Source: Sphingopyxis sp. (lineage in GTDB: Bacteria; Pseudomonadota; Alphaproteobacteria; Sphingomonadales; Sphingomonadaceae). Taken from it: a DNA stretch of 64,000 nt. Shown here in pieces: positions 63,463 to 64,000 of this stretch (position 1 is its first letter; the number at the start of each line of letters is the position of its first letter). The notes beneath the pieces are model-generated. The model searched no databases. It was given only the letters and a program-made list of their open reading frames with translations, and was not told the DNA's origin. The stretch lies in assembly GCA_002733865.1 (NCBI GenBank), contig NVXM01000010.1, positions 49,953-113,952 on the forward strand, in the 5' to 3' direction. The position numbers and the translations under genes were made by a program.

Positions 63463-63722
63463 TGTTCGCCGCCGAAGGGCGCAGGCGACTGGTCATGCGG
63501 GGCATGGCCATCAAGCCGAGCGCCCAGAACTGTCCTGTCCGATCGTCTGGTCCCCGCCCTGCGGCGGGGAACAGAAAAGCTAGGCACTAGTGCTCCGCAC
63601 TCGCCTGTCCCCGCGAAGGCGGGGAATGCGGAGCCCTGCACGGCAATAGCCAACGGTGAGCGACGCCAGAGCTCCGCGTCAAGCGCGGAGCACCCCGTTC
63701 GTGTCGAGCGAAGTCGAGACAC
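63463..63722. repeat. Composite REP block 5 (F-A-C)
   Basis: Direct-repeat counterpart of 62185-62382 plus the C motif. Confidence 0.9.
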
Positions 63723-63945
63723 AAGCCAAACCGAAATCCCCGCCATCCCATCCGCAGGCCCTCGCCATCCCCGCGAAGAGCGAAGCGAGGCAGGTGACTC
63801 GCCGAGCGATCCAGCGAACAAAAAACGCCAGCACCGCTGCCGTCATTTGTGGGGGTCGGGCAATCGGTGCGCTGTTACCGTAATCCTAAGCTTGACCTTC
63901 AACGCCTCGTGATGGCTATAAGAGGAATTGTTAAAAGGGGTGGCG

Positions 63946-64000
63946 ATGAAATATTTGAAGCGGCTTGCATGGGTATTGGCCGGATTATGGGCTGCGTTCG
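63946..64000 (+). CDS. Start of a membrane or exported protein, runs off window
   Basis: AGGGG RBS then MKYLKRLAWVLAGLWAAF. Confidence 0.45.
   Translation, partial: MKYLKRLAWVLAGLWAAF

Noticed and set aside
59608-63722. CRISPR array
   Set aside because: Repeats are heterogeneous hairpin doublets with irregular, gene-sized spacing; no cas genes.

Overview
GC-rich alphaproteobacterial chromosome segment; the gene set and order suggest Sphingomonadales (inference). The backbone is housekeeping: purH, lspA-ileS-ribF, folA, purKE, gpmA, tamAB, glnB-glnA with a likely sigma54/NtrC promoter, a PQQ quinohemoprotein dehydrogenase and map. Accessory or unusual blocks interrupt it. (i) A multi-family set of short palindromic REP-like elements: one is read in-frame inside ileS, and at 59.6-63.7 kb they form composite blocks between single genes, with nested micro-insertions and an inverted spacer. 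(ii) A coupled operon of three exported ankyrin-like proteins bounded by a 39-bp imperfect direct repeat. (iii) An iron-uptake cassette lying between glnA and a decayed copy of the glnA 3' end and terminator. (iv) An amidohydrolase / QEGLA (MATCAP-like) peptidase / ATP-grasp ligase operon. (v) A low-GC ABC-ATPase + TOPRIM (PARIS-like) pair next to parD and a frameshifted parE. Several genes are broken by deletions or frameshifts: hupE and a TonB receptor joined head-to-head, ycaQ, a DJ-1 gene and parE. No rRNA, tRNA, CRISPR array, integrase or transposase was recognised. All calls come from reading motifs by eye; no searches were run.
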